A DNA stretch of 64,000 bases from an uncultured Gammaproteobacteria bacterium (GCA_964488685.1 CAZAVY010000004.1:158-64157); one strand, 5' to 3'. Counted from the stretch's first letter, positions 36,612 through 47,280 are shown. The notes: generated by a model not told the origin, from the sequence alone. Numbers and translations: made by a program.

Positions 36612-36774
36612 TCCTGAGCCTGATTATTGATGAGACGTTGTTTTGAAGAATTTTAAGACGTTCGGCCGGAGCCTTTTTTGCAAACCAGCGAATAAGGGTC
36701 AAATCTACCCCGGATTCAGAAAAAATCAGGTGATTATGATTTTTCAAATTAGAGATGTTTTGCTTATCTGGCAT
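36592..36774 (-). CDS. small partner protein of the NTase (putative antitoxin-like)
   Basis: 60 aa; overlaps the NTase start by 20 nt. DLTLIRWFAKKAPAERLKILQ resembles the small proteins usually paired with such NTases. Confidence 0.35.
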   Translation of the reverse strand: MPDKQNISNLKNHNHLIFSESGVDLTLIRWFAKKAPAERLKILQNNVSSIIRLRNARRGA

Positions 36775-36890
36775 GGTGAAAATATATTCTGTCCGGAAAT
36801 GCCGATTATAACCAAATGCAGCGAAGGCGCGACGAATTTCCCGACTGCCGAATTTTTACCTGGTCGCCGGCTTCAAGCGATGAAGATGTC

Positions 36891-37916
36891 TCAGCTATCT
36901 CCCTGCAGGTTAAAAATGTTCGGGTAGGCGAACAGTGCCACGCTGCCCCCGGTATGTAGAAAGACAACATTTTCTGCTTGTTTGAAATGACCCTTGCGGA
37001 TTAAATCGATCAGGCCTGCGAAACCCTTACCCGAGTAAACCGGATCCAGCAGGATGCCTTCTAAACTCGCCAGCATCTTGACGGCTTCGACCATCGAATC
37101 GGTAGGCAGGCCGTAGCCCTCGCCGACGTAATCGCTATTGGCGACTACCTTCTCACGCGCTACCAGATCCGGGTTCAGGCCCATGAAATCGAGCGTGCGT
37201 TGCGCCAGCGCATAGACGTTATCTTCCTGTTGCTGTTTTGGAGCGCGTACGCTGACGCCATAAACAGGGATATTGCTATTCATCGATTCCATACCCACAA
37301 CCAGGCCGGCCTGGGTGCCGGTACTGCCGGTCGCATGAACCAGGTGGTCAATGCGTAGGGAACGCTCGTTTGCCTGGTGGGTCAGCTCGAACGCCGCGTT
37401 GACATAACCCAGCGCACCGGTTTGGTTTGAGCCGCCACCGGGAATAACGTAAGGCTTTTTACCGTCGTCGCGCAATTGCTGGGCAAGCTGCTCCATCTCG
37501 GCATTCATGTCGCTGTCCGCAGGACGAAGCGAAAGCATCGCGCCGTGCAACTGATCGAGCAGCACATTGCCGTTATGGGCATAGGCCTCGTCGTGGTATC
37601 CGGTTCGATCTTCGAGCAGAATATGACATTCAAAATCGAGTTTGGCAGCGATTGCGCAGGTCTGGCGCGCATGATTCGACTGGGTTGCGCCCTGGGTGAT
37701 AATCGTGTCGGCACCACGCTCTATCGCTTCGGCCATCAAAAACTCCAGCTTGCGGGTCTTGTTACCCCCCGATGCCAGGCCGGTACAGTCATCGCGCTTG
37801 ATCCAGAGGTTGGGACCACCGAGTTCTTTGGAAATTCGTTCCAACGGCTCGAGCGGGGTGGGCAGGTGCGCGAAGTGCAGGCGTGGAAAGCGTGAAAGAT
37901 GCATGATATTCTCCAA
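36891..37916 (-). CDS. PLP-dependent D-cysteine desulfhydrase / ACC deaminase family protein
   Basis: [44 protein letters not shown] (PLP-Lys motif). Likely start at ATG 37904 (MHLSRF). Confidence 0.85.
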   Translation of the reverse strand: MENIMHLSRFPRLHFAHLPTPLEPLERISKELGGPNLWIKRDDCTGLASGGNKTRKLEFLMAEAIERGADTIITQGATQSNHARQTCAIAAKLDFECHILLEDRTGYHDEAYAHNGNVLLDQLHGAMLSLRPADSDMNAEMEQLAQQLRDDGKKPYVIPGGGSNQTGALGYVNAAFELTHQANERSLRIDHLVHATGSTGTQAGLVVGMESMNSNIPVYGVSVRAPKQQQEDNVYALAQRTLDFMGLNPDLVAREKVVANSDYVGEGYGLPTDSMVEAVKMLASLEGILLDPVYSGKGFAGLIDLIRKGHFKQAENVVFLHTGGSVALFAYPNIFNLQGDS

Positions 37917-38007
37917 AATCAGAAAACTGCATGATTACATATTTGGAAGCGGGTTTATAATGCAAATTATTTTAGTAAAATGGGCCTACGCGGATACATG
38001 CATCTAA

Positions 38008-38127
38008 CTTAAATGGATTGAAGATCTAGTCGTGCTACTCGAAGAAAAGTCGATCTCACGAGCAGCGCAACGTCGTCGTGTAGCTCAGCCGGCCGAACCG
38101 GGTAGACGCTTTATCTTCGCAACATAA
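38008..38127 (+). pseudogene. LysR-family HTH remnant divergent from the dcyD-like gene
   Basis: Frame reads LKWIEDLVVLLEEKSISRAAQRRRVAQPAEPGRRFIFAT-stop. This is a LysR HTH pattern (L-x-x-F-x-x-V-x-E-x-x-S-x-x-x-AA-x-x-L-x-V-S-QPA) with no start codon and no effector domain. Confidence 0.45.
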
Positions 38128-38320
38128 ACATTGCCGTGAGCTTGTGATGCGGCTACCACAAAAGGTACGCCCCCACCTTTTAATGCCTATTCGGTCAACG
38201 GCATGCGGATACATTCAAGAATTGTTGACGCTCTTTGGTGTGACGCGCGGTATCTTGTGATCGATATTGACAGGGGAATTTGCGAGTATTAGATTCAAGC
38301 TGAATAGCAGGGGAGAGAAA

Positions 38321-39991
38321 ATGGATACGCAGGTTGTTGGCATAGTCGGGGGAGGTGTTTCCGGGCTTGGTGCTGCCTACGAGCTTCGCCGAAATGCGCT
38401 GAAGACGGGCAAAAAAACGATCATCCATATTTTTGAAAAGCAAGCACTATTGGGCGGTAATGCCGATACTGCAGTTGTCGATCTGGGGAATTGGCGGAGT
38501 GGAGAGCTCACCGGCCCTTACCAGCGTTGGGTCGATCTTGGGGTCAACGATATCAATTTCAGCGCCTATAAACTGATCGCCGGCATTATGAAAGAAATAG
38601 ATTATTTTGATCATGATGATCCCGCCAAATTTCCAAACATGTTGCCCCTGGAAAATACAGAAACTTATTTTACCTGGGACTCAAGCGTTTTATTAACCGA
38701 CGACAACGACCTGGTATACGGGGTCAGTAATCCTGAATTCGAAATTGCAAACAAGAACCAGGGTGCATTTAAATTCTGGACCGATGTGGTGCATAGAGCC
38801 GCTGATGACAAAGTTGGGCATGGACGTTCGAGAGATATTGATATCACCGTAGGGGAATATTTTGATCAGGTTGTCAGCGATCCCAAAAAGATGCTGAAAA
38901 AACATGTCGATTGTAAGGGTATTGACTGGAACGATCCGGCGCTGAAGATGATGTTAGAAGAAATACGCGATTATATATACTTTCCGCGAATCTCGGCGAT
39001 GTACTTTGCCAACGACTATGGCCCCGAAAATATGCTGTTGGCTGCGCCGATGTGTTATTACCGCACCCAGGAGAGTAAAGGGAAGGATAAGTCCCCTGAT
39101 CGGCGTTATTTCGTGGGTGGGTCGAATCGCTGGTTGCGAGCCTTGCTGGACAACCTGCTTGACGAGACAACCTGGGGAGATTGCGTCGAGATTCATTTTC
39201 ATAGCGATTTCGCTGCAAAGGTCACGGTGATGACCGACAATATTTCGATTGAAAAACAAGCTGTTGTCGATGCCGGTAATAGCTATCCAGTCGGCTATTG
39301 CATTGTCACGGTTCACGCCGATGACGCAGCAGGATTATTGCATTTTGATAACGCCTGTGACCCTGAATCAACTGTCAGGGAACAGATTCCGCAAACTGAA
39401 ATACTCAAAATTCTGCAGTCAATTACCTACACCCGCAGCGTCGGCGTAGCGCATACCTTTGCAGGACTTTTGCCCGCCAATCGCAACCAGTGGCGTTCAT
39501 ACAATGTACTAATTCGACAGGGTAGTTCATTGAAACCATATAGCATGACCTACGTATGCAACCGGCACCAAAATGATGCAGGCGGCAGTCGATCCAGCGA
39601 ATATAATCAGGTCGGAATGCCGCAGTTTTTTGTTACCTTGAATCCTTTGCGGGAAGTACCCGAAAGCCATATCCTGAAATTGGTGGCCAAAGCGGAGGTA
39701 TCACCCGCACTCAGGGCGGAGTTGCCCCAACTTGGAACGGGTGGAGAAAATTCAACCGGCTACAGCCGCAAACAGGCAGGTGAACCCGCCGTCGCATATT
39801 TCAAACACAATTTGATCGATAAAAAGTGCTTTGTCGCTCAGGATGATTTAGTCGCCTATCACAAAAGCGCAACACGGTTATTTTTTGGCGGCGGTTGGAG
39901 CAGGGGATCGGGTTTGCACGAAGAGTGCTGGGAACAGGTCCTGACTATCGCCGAGTTAATAATTCCGACAAGACCAAGGCATCTTGGCTAG
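38321..39991 (+). CDS. NAD(P)/FAD-dependent oxidoreductase (amine-oxidase-like)
   Basis: ATG 38321 follows a GGGGAGAG RBS. VVGIVGGGVSGLGAAYEL Rossmann motif. Confidence 0.75.
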   Translation: MDTQVVGIVGGGVSGLGAAYELRRNALKTGKKTIIHIFEKQALLGGNADTAVVDLGNWRSGELTGPYQRWVDLGVNDINFSAYKLIAGIMKEIDYFDHDDPAKFPNMLPLENTETYFTWDSSVLLTDDNDLVYGVSNPEFEIANKNQGAFKFWTDVVHRAADDKVGHGRSRDIDITVGEYFDQVVSDPKKMLKKHVDCKGIDWNDPALKMMLEEIRDYIYFPRISAMYFANDYGPENMLLAAPMCYYRTQESKGKDKSPDRRYFVGGSNRWLRALLDNLLDETTWGDCVEIHFHSDFAAKVTVMTDNISIEKQAVVDAGNSYPVGYCIVTVHADDAAGLLHFDNACDPESTVREQIPQTEILKILQSITYTRSVGVAHTFAGLLPANRNQWRSYNVLIRQGSSLKPYSMTYVCNRHQNDAGGSRSSEYNQVGMPQFFVTLNPLREVPESHILKLVAKAEVSPALRAELPQLGTGGENSTGYSRKQAGEPAVAYFKHNLIDKKCFVAQDDLVAYHKSATRLFFGGGWSRGSGLHEECWEQVLTIAELIIPTRPRHLG

Positions 39992-40012
39992 CCGAATGAT
40001 TGACTGACCGAA

Positions 40013-43000
40013 TTACTGATTTTGCTGCAACTCGGAGATGGCAGTTTGAATTAGTTTCAAAGAATGCAGTAAACAGGCTTGTTTTCCTTTGCCTTCCAGT
40101 GCCCGCAACTGATTGAGTGTGTCGCTTGCAGGTTGCGTCGAGCAAGCATCGGATAACAGTCCGGCACGTTTTAGATAGTATTCCGCCCAGGGGTTTGGTT
40201 CGTCCGCCATATAAGATTTCAGGTCATCCATGTACTGCAGCAATTCATCTTTCTCCTGGCGCAGCAAGGCACTTTCCATCGCATTCACATAAAACCGGTA
40301 ATAATTATGTCCGATACAGTTTTGCTGCAACATGGCTCTACCCTCGTCAAGCAGTGCCCTGACCCGCTTGTCGCCTCCCAGCATCAGCGCGTAACTACTG
40401 GCAACCCAGGGACCGATAAACTCTTCAATTCCTTGCTGATGAACCTCGTGATGGGCATCGGAAAGGAGTGTGATTGCGGCGTTAATGTCCCCCTGATAAT
40501 GCCTTAGGCGTGCCAACGCTTCCCCCAGAAAAGGTTCGAAGCGGCGCGCGCCGATGTCTTTCGCCAGAGTCAGCCCGCTTTCAATATGTGCCGCTGCAAA
40601 ATCCAGCTGCTGCATGTCTAACAAGATCCAGCTCGCCGTGAGCCGCGATACGATCTCGGCGCGTTTATGGCCGACCGCAATGGCTAATTCCATTGATTCC
40701 CTGGCGTCGTTTAATGCCTGTTCAGTGCTATTTTGATAGATGCGAGTTGTGGCTAGCATGAATCGATTGGCTGCTTCTACCTGTGAGAATTCCTGCGCCG
40801 CACACAGTGCCAGGCATTGTTCAAAATAATTTAACGCGGTCATCATTTTGCCCTGCGCGTAAGCGGCGTCACCCAGTCCACCCAGGGCTTTTGCCTCGGC
40901 TTCCAGATCACTTGCCTGCTGGGCAAAGCCTAGTGCCTTGGCGTGTTCTTGCCGACAGTTGTCTACCTCGCCTCTGGGGAAATAGTAGTTGCCCCTGAGG
41001 TAGTGAATTTGAGATAACTCTCGATTCAAATGCTGTTTCGACACGCATTTTTCAGCCTGGTCAAGCGCGTCGAGCGCTTCGTCAACTCGTTCGAGTGTGT
41101 CCAGACCATTTGCCAGGCCAATCAGGGGCGCAAATTTATGTTGCTGCGTTGTTGCCTTTTCGATCGCCTGTTGATAGCAGTGAATTGCGCGTTCGGTATT
41201 ACCTTTTGCCAGCTCTGCCTCGCCCTTGTGTAACCATAGTGTGGACGCATCGACTGTGGTGTATTCGATTTCCAGCGCTTCCCCGATCAGCAGGATGACT
41301 TCGTCAAAATCGTGCACCCGCAATTTTGCCTCGATTGCCCTGACAAATACTTCCGGGGCGGTATCGTCTTTGGCGCGGTGCAAATGCCTTGCCTGTAGGG
41401 CAATATCAAATGATTCGAACCATTGCGCGCAACGTTGGTGTAATTCGATGCGCGCTTGCTCGGTCAGGGTTTGATAGACTCCCTGATGAACCAGGGCATG
41501 AACGAACTGGAGGCGATCAGCCGATCGCTTCACCAGGTAATTTTCCACCAATGATCCGATTTCCTGTTGTTCCGATCCAAGCACGTGATTCAGCGCGTCT
41601 TCAGTAAACCATTGGCCCAAAACCGAGGCGGCGCGGGCCGCAGCCTGGCTTTTTGGGGTCAGGCTATCGAGCCTTGATAACACCAGTGTCTGGACATTGT
41701 GCGGCAGGCTTTCCTGCTGCTGGTTGGTCGCTTGCAACAACTGCTCCAGGAAAAGAGGATTGCCCTCCGCTCGTTCTATACACTGGCATTTGTAATCGTT
41801 GGGAACATCCACAAAGTAATCGGCAAAATCAGATGCCTCGGATTCGCGCAATGGTGAAAGATTCATGACCAGCATCGGTAGTTCGGTCCAGGTCGAAGCC
41901 CACCTGTTCTGTAATGGATCGTTCTCCTGACGTGAGGTCAACAATAAAATCACCTGACTATCCTTCAATGCCTCGGCTAATTGCAGGATGCTGTCGAGCA
42001 GGTCATCACCGGCCCAATGCAAGTCTTCGATACACAGCAATAGCGGAGATTGGCTGGTTCTATTGTGTATCAGGTTTTCTAAGACACGTTGTAAACCGGC
42101 GGCACGGGTATCATGGTTCATCGCGTTGAAAAGCGATAAATCCCTCCCGGCCAGCGGCCAGTTCAGCCAGCTATATAAAAACATCAGATCGGGCGCCGCA
42201 CACACTGCCTGGCCGAAACGATTACTCAAGGCGTCCAGACTCAGGTTTGTTTCGTCCCGCTCCAGCCCGAGGATGGAACGAATCAGTTTTGGAATAGCCA
42301 TTTGATTTCGCTCTGTGCCGAAATCGAGCACCTGTGCCGTATGAACCTCGATGCCCAGGCTGCTACAGTGATCGCAAAACTCTTCCATCAGGCGAGTCTT
42401 ACCGATTCCGGCCATGCCGCGAACGTAAACCACCTGCATTTCATGGTAGGCGTATGCCGATTCAACCGCCGCTCTGTATTGTTGAACCTGCAGGTCACGA
42501 CCAATAAACCTTTTTACTTCCGAGCCGGGTTTTTGACTCTCGTTCACCAGCCAGAATTGCGGCTCGCCGTTTTGTTGGGTAGCTTCGAAAGCTGTCAGTC
42601 GAAACCGCGACTCCAGGCCTTGTTTTACTGACTCATCGGTCAGAATCATGTTGCTCCCGGCGGTAGCTTGACCCACTTGATCGATACCTCTCCGGTTCAG
42701 TATTTCCAGCAACTCAGTATCATCGACCCCGGGCCTGTCGACTTGAGGCTGCAGATCCTGATAGATAATGTGGCTGGTCAGAATTTGATCGTTGCCAAAA
42801 AGTGAGTGCATCTGACCCTGCAACCAGCGCACGCAGCCAAGCGCCTGAAAGTGTTCGTAACCCATCAGCGATAGGCTGCCGAATAAAAACGCGCTGGTGG
42901 TTTGATTCAGTTTACGGAATTCGGCGTCGTAGCGGCCGGCAGCCAGTTTACAGGCGGAACTCCAGTACTGGTCAGTCTCTTTGGAATTGACCCCTCCCGG

Positions 43001-43387
43001 TGATTCCAGGTTTACAAACAGAACCACAATCTGGCGGGTTGCCGAAACCGAGAAATCAACCTGATTTTCATCGGCGCGGGCCTTTTTCGCTGATTCGGAC
43101 CTCCCGTTGGTGACAATGGCGGAAAGCTCGACATTAAAAAATTTCGAAATGTCCCGGGCAGTACGATAGATGATGTTTTTGCCGGTTTCGGCACGTTTGA
43201 TCGAGGCGATTGAAACGCAAAGGCGTTGCTCCGCGCACATCAAGGCGAACAGTTCCTGACTCAGGCCCTGCTCCCTGCGCAGGTCGATTAAAACCTGGCG
43301 ATCCAGTGATACACGGCCACCTGCGGCTGGTTTGTAATCGATATTACCTAATTGCATAACCCACAACTGATACCAAACTGATACCAC
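40013..43387 (-). CDS. STAND-type regulator: XRE-like HTH, cyclase-like domain, P-loop NTPase, TPR array
   Basis: N-terminus LIDLRREQGLSQELFA...SIKRAETG (HTH); VVLFVNLES... block (class III cyclase-like, degenerate); Walker A VRGMAGIGKTRL; long TPR-like C-terminus. Alternative start at 43357. Confidence 0.75.
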   Translation of the reverse strand: MVSVWYQLWVMQLGNIDYKPAAGGRVSLDRQVLIDLRREQGLSQELFALMCAEQRLCVSIASIKRAETGKNIIYRTARDISKFFNVELSAIVTNGRSESAKKARADENQVDFSVSATRQIVVLFVNLESPGGVNSKETDQYWSSACKLAAGRYDAEFRKLNQTTSAFLFGSLSLMGYEHFQALGCVRWLQGQMHSLFGNDQILTSHIIYQDLQPQVDRPGVDDTELLEILNRRGIDQVGQATAGSNMILTDESVKQGLESRFRLTAFEATQQNGEPQFWLVNESQKPGSEVKRFIGRDLQVQQYRAAVESAYAYHEMQVVYVRGMAGIGKTRLMEEFCDHCSSLGIEVHTAQVLDFGTERNQMAIPKLIRSILGLERDETNLSLDALSNRFGQAVCAAPDLMFLYSWLNWPLAGRDLSLFNAMNHDTRAAGLQRVLENLIHNRTSQSPLLLCIEDLHWAGDDLLDSILQLAEALKDSQVILLLTSRQENDPLQNRWASTWTELPMLVMNLSPLRESEASDFADYFVDVPNDYKCQCIERAEGNPLFLEQLLQATNQQQESLPHNVQTLVLSRLDSLTPKSQAAARAASVLGQWFTEDALNHVLGSEQQEIGSLVENYLVKRSADRLQFVHALVHQGVYQTLTEQARIELHQRCAQWFESFDIALQARHLHRAKDDTAPEVFVRAIEAKLRVHDFDEVILLIGEALEIEYTTVDASTLWLHKGEAELAKGNTERAIHCYQQAIEKATTQQHKFAPLIGLANGLDTLERVDEALDALDQAEKCVSKQHLNRELSQIHYLRGNYYFPRGEVDNCRQEHAKALGFAQQASDLEAEAKALGGLGDAAYAQGKMMTALNYFEQCLALCAAQEFSQVEAANRFMLATTRIYQNSTEQALNDARESMELAIAVGHKRAEIVSRLTASWILLDMQQLDFAAAHIESGLTLAKDIGARRFEPFLGEALARLRHYQGDINAAITLLSDAHHEVHQQGIEEFIGPWVASSYALMLGGDKRVRALLDEGRAMLQQNCIGHNYYRFYVNAMESALLRQEKDELLQYMDDLKSYMADEPNPWAEYYLKRAGLLSDACSTQPASDTLNQLRALEGKGKQACLLHSLKLIQTAISELQQNQ

Positions 43388-43506
43388 AATGATTCTAATC
43401 TGATTTTGATGCTTTGACTAATAAGCACGATAGTTTGCTTACCGATTCGGTCGTCAACCAGAGTTTGGTTTGATCGAACAATGTCCACAATTTTAACGAG
43501 GATCAG

Positions 43507-45894
43507 ATGATGAAAATTCTAACAGCGATGGTAATTCTGAGTATCTCCGTGCTCTCCGCATGTGGCGGGGGCGGGGGCAGTGGTGGTGGAGGCGATAATG
43601 GTCTCAATACTGCTCCGGAAATTTCGGGTAAACCGAATGACGTGATACGAGCGAATGAGAATTTTAGCTTCACGCCACAAGTGACCGACCGGGATGGTGA
43701 TCTGCTCACTTTCAGTGTTGAAAATCTGCCGCACTGGGCTTTTTTCGACGCTGGTAGCGGTAGCGTCAGTGGATTCCCTGATAAAACCCACTACGGCGCA
43801 TACGACGATATCGTTATCAAGGTTTCGGATGGCGTTGTTTCGACCCGGCTCAGCTTCTCGATCGACGTTCTGCCACCGCTATTAGATCGTGATAACTTCA
43901 GCACCGTTGGGACCATAAATCCAAACGCAAACGCGGATGGTTATCAATCAACTGGCACCCTGGTGATGAATATCGACGGCGAGGAAAAGCGTTTCGAAGA
44001 TTCGGATTTGCAGTTGAAATTCGATGCCGAGGGCAATCTCCTCGAAATGGTCGGTGAAACCATTATCCCGAAAAAAGTATCAGAACACATGTCGCTAGAC
44101 GCCCAGGTTAAAACAACGGTTGGATATTTCAGTGGTGTGGATATCAACGCCGACCCGGATATCGATATTCTACTCAAGGAAGAACAGTATTACTTTGTCT
44201 ATTACTACGGGCAGAATCTGGATATTACGCTGAAGGATCGCGATGGTTCCGGCGCGGAAAGTTCGTTGACGATTTCGACTCCGGCGAGTGGTAAAATTCT
44301 GTTCATTACCGATCCCAGCGATATTTTTTACTACTACTACGGTGAAATCCCTTTCGTCGGTACCGCTGGCAAGGGAGAGTCGGACAATGGTTTCATTCCG
44401 TTTGAGCCATCGCTGGACTACGAGGAGCTGGACAGCTTTGACGGTCATATTATTGAAACCGCATCGATGGGGATCGGGGTCAAAATATTCGACTTTTTCA
44501 ATATTGCCGGCACCCGTGTCATGCGCCAACCTGATTTTGCCGAGATCTTTCTGGACGATCCTTTTTTCGAAGATGTGGCTAATAGCGCCAACAAAATCGA
44601 GTATAAGATGGGCATCAACGGCGACGCCGACTTCGCCTTCAGTATTCTCGGCTTCGGCCTGTTCGAGTTCGACCTGACTGAAGTCAGTACCACCTTCGAC
44701 GTCGGCTTTGATCGCCAGCATATGGCGATGCGCACCCGCACCGCACCTGATGTATCCTGGGTTCCGAGTACTTTCGCGTTTGTACCCAAAAGCGAAACCA
44801 TCGGCGACTGGTTCATCGATGGCAGCGGCGACTTCGAAATCAAACTGAGTTCGACTTTTGAAACCACGACCCCGGCGGCCAAGGTCGGCGGTAGTATGGC
44901 CATCACCCAGGATGAAGTTGTGTTGACCGGCACGATTGGCAATGGTGGCAAACCACTCGGCGTCACCGCAACCTTCTTTGACACGGGTGTCGATGTGGTA
45001 GTCGATGTTTATGCCGATTTCGATATGGGCATTTCACAGACCGTAACCGCGGCCATGGACGACAAGATCGATGAATGGCACCAGGCCTTCGAAGATTTGC
45101 AGCAGGCGACCGCCGACTTCGAGCTTGAATTGAGCCTGAATGGGTTTCGTACCGCGATACCTGCGATCGTCAACGCGGTTATTCCGATTCTGGACGCCGT
45201 TCCGGGAACGGTTCGCACTGAAGTGGATAACGCAATCGTGAGCTATGTTGACAACTACGAAGTCTGTGTCCCCGTATTCGGCTGTTCTAATCCACTGGAT
45301 CCCTTAATTGATCAGAATGCTCTCGGTAATTCAAAAGGTGAGACAGCCAGAAGAGCAGCGGCGAATGCGATTGTGCCCTACAAGACCGCGTTGATCAATC
45401 TGAAAAATGCGGTCAACGCCTCTGACGACGTATTTCGCGCGGCAATCAAAGCGACCTTACAGGAGGTTTACAATCGTCGTACCTTCAGTACAACGATCAA
45501 GATCACCCATAGCTTTCCGCTCGGAATCGGCACCAAGACCCTGTACAACAAGACCACTACGAGGAACATAATCACTGGCCAAAACCTGACCAGGCTGAAG
45601 TTCGCGCTCGATAATGTCGACAATATCGAAACCTCCAGCTCAATCATGATCAGCGCCGGACAATTCTATGATGCCCTTCCGGTAGAAGAGGCGATCAATA
45701 CCGCGAAACAGGAAGTGGCCGATGGTCTGGCGCAAATCCCGACCCTCGACGGGGTTGGCTATACCGTCGATAACGGAGTCTATAACGCCTACGCGATTCT
45801 TAACGGCAAACCCTTCAACGTTCAGTTTAACGTGCTCAGTCCCTCAGAGCTTGCGGCCGGTATCGGCAGGTTGATCGCTGATGGTCTGATCTGA
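43507..45894 (+). CDS. large lipoprotein with N-terminal Ig-like (putative-Ig/cadherin-like) domain
   Basis: Lipobox LSAC followed by a Gly-rich linker; APEISGKPNDVIRANENFSFTPQVTDRDGDLLTFSVENLPHWAFFDAGSGSVSG. The rest has no recognisable motif. Confidence 0.7.
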   Translation: MMKILTAMVILSISVLSACGGGGGSGGGGDNGLNTAPEISGKPNDVIRANENFSFTPQVTDRDGDLLTFSVENLPHWAFFDAGSGSVSGFPDKTHYGAYDDIVIKVSDGVVSTRLSFSIDVLPPLLDRDNFSTVGTINPNANADGYQSTGTLVMNIDGEEKRFEDSDLQLKFDAEGNLLEMVGETIIPKKVSEHMSLDAQVKTTVGYFSGVDINADPDIDILLKEEQYYFVYYYGQNLDITLKDRDGSGAESSLTISTPASGKILFITDPSDIFYYYYGEIPFVGTAGKGESDNGFIPFEPSLDYEELDSFDGHIIETASMGIGVKIFDFFNIAGTRVMRQPDFAEIFLDDPFFEDVANSANKIEYKMGINGDADFAFSILGFGLFEFDLTEVSTTFDVGFDRQHMAMRTRTAPDVSWVPSTFAFVPKSETIGDWFIDGSGDFEIKLSSTFETTTPAAKVGGSMAITQDEVVLTGTIGNGGKPLGVTATFFDTGVDVVVDVYADFDMGISQTVTAAMDDKIDEWHQAFEDLQQATADFELELSLNGFRTAIPAIVNAVIPILDAVPGTVRTEVDNAIVSYVDNYEVCVPVFGCSNPLDPLIDQNALGNSKGETARRAAANAIVPYKTALINLKNAVNASDDVFRAAIKATLQEVYNRRTFSTTIKITHSFPLGIGTKTLYNKTTTRNIITGQNLTRLKFALDNVDNIETSSSIMISAGQFYDALPVEEAINTAKQEVADGLAQIPTLDGVGYTVDNGVYNAYAILNGKPFNVQFNVLSPSELAAGIGRLIADGLI

Positions 45895-45912
45895 TCTAAC
45901 GGCAGCATTGTT

Positions 45913-45954
45913 CCCCGCCCGGTAACTGTCTCTCAAACCGGGCGGGGTTTTTTT
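45913..45954 (+). terminator. rho-independent terminator
   Basis: ccccgcccggt / accgggcgggg stem followed by TTTTTTT, 19 nt after the lipoprotein stop. Confidence 0.85.
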
Positions 45955-46052
45955 GTTCGCACTACCCCCCAGGATTTTTAACTTGGTCATCACCCAACAC
46001 GAATGCAATAATGACGCCAGGAATGGCGTTGCCTTTTTAAGCTCAGAACCAT

Positions 46053-46146
46053 CGTCATCCCGGGCCTGACCCGGGATCCAGCGAGGCGGGAATGACCAAT
46101 TTACCGGATCCCGGCGGTCCGAGGTATCGGTCAAGCCCGGGATGAC
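46053..46146. repeat. cluster of REP-like palindromic units (GTCATCCCGG-N-CCGGGATCC type)
   Basis: gtcatcccgggcctgacccgggatcca (46053-46080), ggcgggaatgac, and ggatcccggcgg...caagcccgggatgac (46106-46146). Another unit lies at 62803-62828. Confidence 0.55.
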
Positions 46147-46222
46147 GATTGTTATCGGCATAAGGCCGTGCCAATCGTGTCACTGGTACCAATCGACACC
46201 GACAATTAATATACGAAAACCA

Positions 46223-46945
46223 ATGAAGTTATCCGATTTCAAGATGCTGAGCTTCGATACCTACGGTACCCTGATCGACTGGGAGTCAGGGATATACAAC
46301 GCGCTCGAACCATTACTCGATAAACTTCCGCTTAAACTGAGTCGCGATGAAGTACTCGAATTGTTCGGCGAGTTTGAACTGCAGCAGGAATCAGATACTC
46401 CGAGGCAAATTTACAGTGCATTGCTGGCAGACGTCGCCCGGTCGATTGCAAAAAAATGGCAAATCAAGGTTAGCGATGAAGAGGCCGCTACTTTCGGGCG
46501 CTCGGTCAAGCATTGGCCCGCGTTTACGGACTCGGCGGCCAGCCTAAAGTATCTACGCCAACATTACCTGATGGCGACCCTAACCAATTGCGATCGCATC
46601 AGCTACCTGGGCAGTAACGCACGGCTCGAGATCGAGTGGGACGGAATTTATACCGCCCAGGATATCGGTTGCTATAAACCACAGCTGCGTAATTTCGAAT
46701 ACATGTTCGAACGGGCCCGGCGGGATCTCGGTATTCTGCCTCACGAAATTCTGCATGTGGCACAGTCCCTGACCCATGACATGGTACCCGCTACCCGCAT
46801 GGGGATGACCAAAGTCTGGATCAATCGCCGACACCATGGCGAGGGGCTGGGCGCGACCGCCCCGCCCCAGGGGGATTACAGCATCGAGTGGGAATTCAAC
46901 AGCATGTCCGATTTTGTCTCTGCCCACCAAAGCGAGGTTGGTTAG
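46223..46945 (+). CDS. HAD-superfamily hydrolase, haloacid dehalogenase type II-like
   Basis: Internal ATG 46223 of ORF 46142..46945. LSFDTYGTLIDWESG nucleophile motif. Confidence 0.8.
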   Translation: MKLSDFKMLSFDTYGTLIDWESGIYNALEPLLDKLPLKLSRDEVLELFGEFELQQESDTPRQIYSALLADVARSIAKKWQIKVSDEEAATFGRSVKHWPAFTDSAASLKYLRQHYLMATLTNCDRISYLGSNARLEIEWDGIYTAQDIGCYKPQLRNFEYMFERARRDLGILPHEILHVAQSLTHDMVPATRMGMTKVWINRRHHGEGLGATAPPQGDYSIEWEFNSMSDFVSAHQSEVG

Positions 46946-47255
46946 GGTAGGTCAGCATCGTTTCCCCAGCCCAAATCGCGCATTTTCGCGACACCTGCAC
47001 AGTAACGGCCACAAGGTCAATTAAATCCGTAATTTTTTGATATTGGGGTAAACCACTCGCCGGCAGATCAGATGGATTCTGATTTGCCCGATTTTGTGTT
47101 CGAAGGTAGTGATCAAGACCTAATTCTTATGTACCGCAGAACAGCGGATACTTCAAAATCCCCTAATTACTCCCGGAAAATCGAACGGCATTTTTTGTAA
47201 ATTCCCTCTGTTTTGGGAATTTTATAAATCTTTTTCAAGTTTTTTTCATATAGAC

Positions 47256-47280
47256 GGAACAATTTTCGCTGTTCGACGTT
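47256..47280 (+). promoter_or_regulatory. candidate ECF-type promoter (GGAAC-N16-CGTT) upstream of the ECF sigma gene
   Basis: GGAAC at 47256-47260, a 16-nt spacer, CGTT at 47277-47280. The MITE-like copy B lies between it and the sigma gene. Confidence 0.3.

Noticed and set aside
38070-38110. tRNA-like string gtgtagctcagccggccgaaccgggtag (resembles a D-arm)
   Set aside because: No acceptor stem, anticodon arm or T-arm can be drawn around it. The stretch reads as the QPA part of a LysR HTH remnant (RRVAQPAEPG).
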